Assembly: GCF_001194135.2 (NCBI RefSeq)
Contig: NC_068981.1
Location: forward strand, 94,812,637 to 94,866,176
Reading direction: 5' to 3'
DNA from: Octopus bimaculoides
Taxonomy: Eukaryota
Length of the DNA stretch: 53,540 nt
The notes beneath the pieces were generated by a model. The model was not told the DNA's origin. It did not search any database and saw only the letters and a list, made by a program, of their open reading frames with translations. A program made the position numbers and the translations under genes. Shown here one piece after another: positions 47,790 to 53,540 of the stretch; within the stretch, counting starts at the first letter, position 1; each line of letters opens with the position of its first letter.

Positions 47790-49481
47790 GCGTGCGTGCG
47801 TGCGCGCGCATCTTAAATCGGAAGCGCAAGGGGCGAATTGCCTATAAAATCTGGTAAACCTTTACCTAACTGTAATCATATAGTACTTTCTTATCCTCAG
47901 TCCTTCACTTTTTCATCTCATTTTCATTATTGCATGAATAGGAATAAAACAATCTTCCTCTCTCAGAAATCAGATCTTTACTAGACCAATTTTTTTACTA
48001 CATTTTTTGTTGAGGATAACTAATCGTCGCTACTGCTAGATTTGCCCTCAATTTAAGACATCAGCAAAGAAGCTATCAAGTAAACTTGAAGGCTGTAGTG
48101 CAAGAAGGAACCGTTAATGGATTACACTGGGTATTGAACTCGATACTTTAAAAAGACTCGAGGTGGATGTAAAACTAAAGTATATAGCCAAGACATTAAC
48201 TCTTGCAGCGTGTATGGTGTAAACAATATCTGACAATAGAGAAAAAATTATGTCAAGTGCTCAAGAAGGTACTTCCATAGATCTAATATAATGCTTAAAA
48301 TGGAACAACTTTTGAGTGCATGCATCAAGTGTTTGAATCGGCGTAATATGTTGATAAACATGATGGAAAAAGGAAAGTGAAACTTCATATGAAGGACCCA
48401 TTTTGGATAGTAAAGTCTGGTTTGAAAGTTTTAAGAAGCGCACGAATTTGCACAACATAAAAATGATTGGTAAAACTGCGAAAGCTAATACAGAGGGCTG
48501 CTACTAATTATCCTGAGTATTTGAAGAAAATGATTGCTGAAAGGGATTACACACCAGAACAAGTATACAATATTGATGAAACTGCACTTTTCTAGAAGTG
48601 CATGCCTGCTACAACTTCTATTTCTCGAGAAGAAAAATCAACACCAGGATTTAAAGCTTCCAAAAATCGTCTGACACTTCTTTGGGAAGGAAATGCTACT
48701 GGTGAAAGGAGTCACAATATTTCCAACAAAGAATTTTCTTTTAGACAATACACGGAGCCACCAAGCGAACTTAGAAGACCTTTCTGATAATGTGAGAGTA
48801 AAATATAGCCTGCAGAATGCAACTTCTTTGTTCCAGCCAATAGATCAAGGTATGATAGCCAACTTAAAGACATTATATGAGAACTTTCAAACAACTTATG
48901 AAGGCAATTGACAGGAAGGATAAACTTACAGTCAGAAGTTCCTGGAAAACAGTCTTCATAATGGATGCTAAATCATGGGATGAAGTGAAACTTTCAATTT
49001 TGAATAGTGTTTAGAAAAGTATATGGCCAGACAGTATCCGTGACTTTACAAGTTTTCCGCAAGCAGAAAGTCAACATCAAATTCGGAAAGATATAATTGA
49101 TAATTGCAAAGGATATAGAATTTGAAGAAGTCATAGAGGATGATCTGATTCAGTAGCTAGAATCCCCAGAAACGAATTTTACCCAACTAGGAGCTGAGGC
49201 TTTTAGAAAAAGAACAAGCTGAGAATGCAGGTGAGCCACTTAAATTGGCTACAAAAATTATTGCTAATAGTTTGGCTTTATAGAAAAAGGTCTGCAGGTT
49301 TTTGCTGATAATGATCCTAATTGTGAATGTAACATAAAAATTATAAGCGGTGTTTATAATGACCTCAGTTCCTATACTAAGCTCTACAAAGAAATGATGC
49401 GTCATAAACAACATTTGACTTCAGATAAGTTCTTCATCCCTCAAGCTGAAGTTCGTGATGATGAACTATAAGATAATAAAT

Positions 49482-49693
49482 ATTCTTTTCTACTCTAGGC
49501 AGAAAGCCCGAAATTTTGGGGGAGGGGCCAGGCGATTAGATCTACCTCAGTACACAACTGGTACTTAATTTAGCGACCTCGAAAGGATGAAAGGCAAAGC
49601 TGACCTCGGCGGAATTTGAATTCAGAACGTAGGCAGACGAAATACCGCTAAGCATTTCGCCCGGCGGGCTAACGTTTCTGCCAGCTCGATCCT
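49482..49693 (-). mobile_element. SINE family B inserted in the Tigger 3' region
   Basis: Full-length match. Confidence 0.85.
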
Positions 49694-49774
49694 TCTAGTA
49701 ACGCTCATTCCACCACCGTTCCTCACACAGTAGGCAACATCTTTTGTAGACTAAATAGTAAGAACGTACTCTTA

Positions 49775-50256
49775 CGATATTACGTTTCTTATTAACTCCC
49801 GAACGTATTCCTCTTGAAATGTTTCTGTCGCTTTTACGTATCTACGCATACATCGTGCCGTGTGTTTCGAAATTGTTATTTTCATGTATACAAAGGTAAT
49901 CGTGTTGCTTTCTCTGCCGTTTTCTTGTGCTTAGTATTTCTTTTCTTTTTTCTGAAAAAGTCTTTTGGAACGCAGTCTCACTTGATAATAGGAAAATCTA
50001 TAGGATAATTAATTTCGATATTACGCTTCTTATTAACTCCCTAACGTATTCCTCTCGAAATGTTTTTGTTGTTTTTACGTATCTACGCATATATCGTGCC
50101 GTGTGTTTAGAAATTATTTTCCTGCATACAAAGATAATCGTGTTGCTTGTTCTCTGTCGCTTTCTTGTGCTTAGTATTTCTTTTCTTCTTTTCCGAAAAA
50201 GTCCTTTGGAACGCAGTCTCACTTGATAATAGGAAAATCTATAGGATAATTAATTT
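49775..50256. repeat. 241-bp tandem duplication (2 diverged copies)
   Basis: cgatattacg starts at 49775 and 50016; both copies end gataataggaaaatctataggataattaattt. Confidence 0.92.
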
Positions 50257-50520
50257 CGCATTACAGAATTTCGCGTTACGGCCAGATTTTCAGGATCGTA
50301 TTACTTCCATAAATCGAGGGATTCCTCTATATTAAAAAAAATAGGTTTTTGTTTTTTTATTTTTGTATGACGTGTAATGCATAGTATTCCCAATTTTCAT
50401 GCAACAACAAATTATATTTTGAACTATAAATGTTCCTGAAATGAAACTGCCGTGGAAGGACTAATGGCGAGTTATAATTTCTGTGCCGAAGTAAGCAGTT
50501 CTTTAGCTTTTGTTCACGTA

Positions 50521-50897
50521 GGTGCAGGCATGGCCATGTTCTTAAGAAGCCCAGTCTGCAACAATGAGGTTTTGAACTCACCTCACAGCGTAGTTTGGGC
50601 AAATGTCTTCTATTATAGCCCCAGGCCGACCAATGCCTTGTGAATGAATTTCGTCTATGCCTTTGCGATTGTGTTTATTCCCAACCAACACTATGATGGC
50701 TTGTCAACCAATGTTGGTTTGTTTACATTCCAGCAATATAATGGTTTAACAAAAGACATTAGCAGAATACGTTCAAAACTTTTCAAAATATTAGTTCTGG
50801 TGAGTGGGGTAGAGTCGATCTGCTCGATTAAAAGTCTTCGAGGTGGTGCTCCAACATGGCGGCTGGTCAATAACTGAAACAAATAAAAAGATTAGAA
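50521..50897 (+). mobile_element. SINE family A (old copy lacking the central microsatellite)
   Basis: Head, core tttgggcaaatgtcttctattatagcc..gccgaccaatgccttgtg and tail gtgctccaacatggc..actgaaacaaataaaaag. Confidence 0.75.
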
Positions 50898-51367
50898 GAT
50901 ATTTGTATATGTTTTCAGACATTTTTTTCAGGTGCTTGCTATTTGTGAGTCCCAAGGTTCACCGCGTTTAGCTATCTGCAAGTCATGCTCCAAGCAGCAA
51001 CTTAAATTTGACGTTGCAAATCTACGAAAGACTTGTCAATAATATAAAACTTACGAGGTAAACAGCGCGTTGTTAATTCTAGCAATAAAAAAAAAGGGTA
51101 AAAACAATAGCTTGTTCGACGAATATTATTAGAATAAATTTTTGTGTGTGTGAAACTAAGACTGCGCTCTGAAAACTAAACGGAGAAAAAAAATTAAAAC
51201 CGAAACAAGTCTGGAGACAGATCAGTGTCCAATTGTTTTAGAAAATATAAATAAATGTCAGACTGATTTTGTATTAATAATATACATACTTGTTCCGGCA
51301 TGATCTATTTATGGAATTCTATGTTGAACAGCCATCTGTTATCTTAGTCAACACCCAGACAAACTGA

Positions 51368-51396
51368 CATACATAAAAACACGCGCGCATACACAT

Positions 51397-51491
<95 letters not shown>

Positions 51492-51580
51492 TACATAGTA
51501 CGTACGTACATACATAGTACATACATAGTACGTACGTACGTACGTACATACGTACATACATACATACATACATACATAGA
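51368..51580. repeat. (CA)n plus (TACG/TACA)n microsatellite
   Basis: Direct inspection. Confidence 0.92.
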
Positions 51581-51862
51581 GAGATCATATTTGAGTCTCC
51601 AAGGAAATATGACTAAGCTTATTCCGATTTATACTGAGGGGAGAGAGGGAGGAGGGAGCGGGTTGTGAGTGGTGTGAAAGGAAACGAAAGAAAATCTTGG
51701 TTTTGTAAAAGAAAACTTGGCTTCAGAGATGTTGTTTAAATGAGTGTATATGTATATAAATGTGTATATATGTATATATATATATGTATGTATATATGTG
51801 TATATATATATGCATATGTTTGTATATATGTGTATACATATTTACATGTATGTATATATATG

Positions 51863-51913
<51 letters not shown>

Positions 51914-51959
51914 ATATATATATATACATATGTGTGTGTATATATATACGTATATGTAT

Positions 51960-52006
<47 letters not shown>

Positions 52007-53024
52007 GTATATATATATGTGCGTGTGTGTGTGTGTNNNNNNNNNNNNNNNNNNNNNNNNNNNNNNNNNNNNNNNNNNNNNNNNNNNNNNNNNNNNNNNN
52101 NNNNNNNNNNNNNNNNNNNNNNNNNNNNNNNNNNNNNNNNNNNNNNNNNNNNNNNNNNNNNNNNNNNNNNNNNNNNNNNNNNNNNNNNNNNNNNNNNNNN
52201 NNNNNNNNNNNNNNNNNNNNNNNNNNNNNNNNNNNNNNNNNNNNNNNNNNNNNNNNNNNNNNNNNNNNNNNNNNNNNNNNNNNNNNNNNNNNNNNNNNNN
52301 NNNNNNNNNNNNNNNNNNNNNNNNNNNNNNNNNNNNNNNNNNNNNNNNNNNNNNNNNNNNNNNNNNNNNNNNNNNNNNNNNNNNNNNNNNNNNNNNNNNN
52401 NNNNNNNNNNNNNNNNNNNNNNNNNNNNNNNNNNNNNNNNNNNNNNNNNNNNNNNNNNNNNNNNNNNNNNNNNNNNNNNNNNNNNNNNNNNNNNNNNNNN
52501 NNNNNNNNNNNNNNNNNNNNNNNNNNNNNNNNNNNNNNNNNNNNNNNNNNNNNNNNNNNNNNNNNNNNNNNNNNNNNNNNNNNNNNNNNNNNNNNNNNNN
52601 NNNNNNNNNNNNNNNNNNNNNNNNNNNNNNNNNNNNNNNNNNNNNNNNNNNNNNNNNNNNNNNNNNNNNNNNNNNNNNNNNNNNNNNNNNNNNNNNNNNN
52701 NNNNNNNNNNNNNNNNNNNNNNNNNNNNNNNNNNNNNNNNNNNNNNNNNNNNNNNNNNNNNNNNNNNNNNNNNNNNNNNNNNNNNNNNNNNNNNNNNNNN
52801 NNNNNNNNNNNNNNNNNNNNNNNNNNNNNNNNNNNNNNNNNNNNNNNNNNNNNNNNNNNNNNNNNNNNNNNNNNNNNNNNNNNNNNNNNNNNNNNNNNNN
52901 NNNNNNNNNNNNNNNNNNNNNNNNNNNNNNNNNNNNNNNNNNNNNNNNNNNNNNNNNNNNNNNNNNNNNNNNNNNNNNNNNNNNNNNNNNNNNNNNNNNN
53001 NNNNNNNNNNNNNNNNNNNNNNNN

Positions 53025-53378
53025 ATATATAATTGTTAAAGAGGACAACAAACGTTAAGGCAAGGCAAACATCTGAAATCATATTCATTATTATTACTGG
53101 AAAAAATTCAAAGTCTTACAGCTGTTTCTGGGATATCTGAGATTCTTCTCTTTCCACATCTCCTTATTACTTTACTCTTGTCCTCTATGTCGTCATTTCA
53201 TTAATCTATACCCTTCTCATTTTCCTTGCTTGTCTCCGATGACGGAATATGCTATACTGTGGGATATCCCAGAAACAACTGTAAGACAGAATTTTTCTTT
53301 CAATAATAATAATAATGTATATGACTTGAGACGTTTGCCTTGCCTTAACGTTTGTTGTCCTCTTAAACAATTATATAT
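53025..53378. repeat. About 115-bp imperfect inverted repeat with 125-bp spacer (Penelope pLTR-like fold-back)
   Basis: 53025-53137 is approximately the rc of 53263-53378 (gaggacaacaaacgttaaggcaaggcaaac..gtcttacagctgtttctgggatatc). Confidence 0.92.
53230..53289 (+). ncRNA. Minimal type-I hammerhead ribozyme motif (decayed copy)
   Basis: Stem I tgtct/agaca; core CCGATGA (U4C variant); stem II cggaatat/atatccca (6 of 8 pairs); GAAAC-aact-GTA cleavage triplet; the inverted arm preserves palindromic acagctgt. Confidence 0.65.
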
Positions 53379-53495
53379 CCGCTATATCGGAAATCTGCAA
53401 TGACTCCATAAATACTGTCTTGGCTATAACGTTGGAGCCCTAGTAATCCGTTACAGCACTTATCTGGCGTACCTAATCGTTTAGATCACCCATAC

Positions 53496-53540
<45 letters not shown>

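Larger units (their letters stand above)
48080..50327 (+). mobile_element. Tigger/pogo (TIGD1-like) transposon relic
   Basis: WFESFKKR, QVYNIDETALF, GFKASKNRLTLL, LDNTRSH, FQPIDQGMIANLK; right end taaatcgagggattcctc followed by TA (50328-50329); left TIR not found. Confidence 0.85.
7813..53024. other. Nine assembly gaps: 7813-8034, 9706-9878, 18938-19193, 21402-21954, 34384-34722, 35990-36041, 44324-44376, 45139-46035, 52037-53024
   Basis: N-runs, most flanked by (TA)n, (GT)n or (CT)n tracts. Confidence 0.98.

Noticed and set aside
7644-53088. Long ORFs in the track (for example 21337-22020, 44966-46121, 51723-53088)
   Set aside because: They are open only because they run through N gaps and flanking microsatellites.

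Overview
AT-rich animal genomic DNA from a gapped assembly: nine N-runs, most abutting microsatellites. The SINE families and the (TA)n/(CA)n/(TACA)n load look like an octopod cephalopod (Octopus-like); this is inferred from recognised repeats and not verified by search. No intact host gene is evident. The window is a layered transposon graveyard. It holds two long RTE/BovB-type LINEs and a 3' RTE fragment, two restriction-like-endonuclease non-LTR fragments (HERO-like, CRE-like), two or three Penelope-like elements, a piggyBac inside a hAT transposase relic, a Tigger/pogo, a fold-back mariner, several TIR MITEs and more than 20 tRNA-headed SINE copies. Several insertions can be excised by hand at their target-site duplications, restoring the host reading frame. 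The most notable signals are: (i) three inverted-repeat fold-backs, each with a minimal hammerhead-ribozyme-like motif in or near it, two of them beside Penelope-like elements (best copy 53230-53289); (ii) an RTE ORF ending in three tandem C2H2 zinc fingers; (iii) a 682-bp TIR element with an octamer plus CCAAT module in both arms; (iv) a candidate promoter and first exon at about 32.75-32.96 kb. All protein-family calls come from motif recognition by eye.
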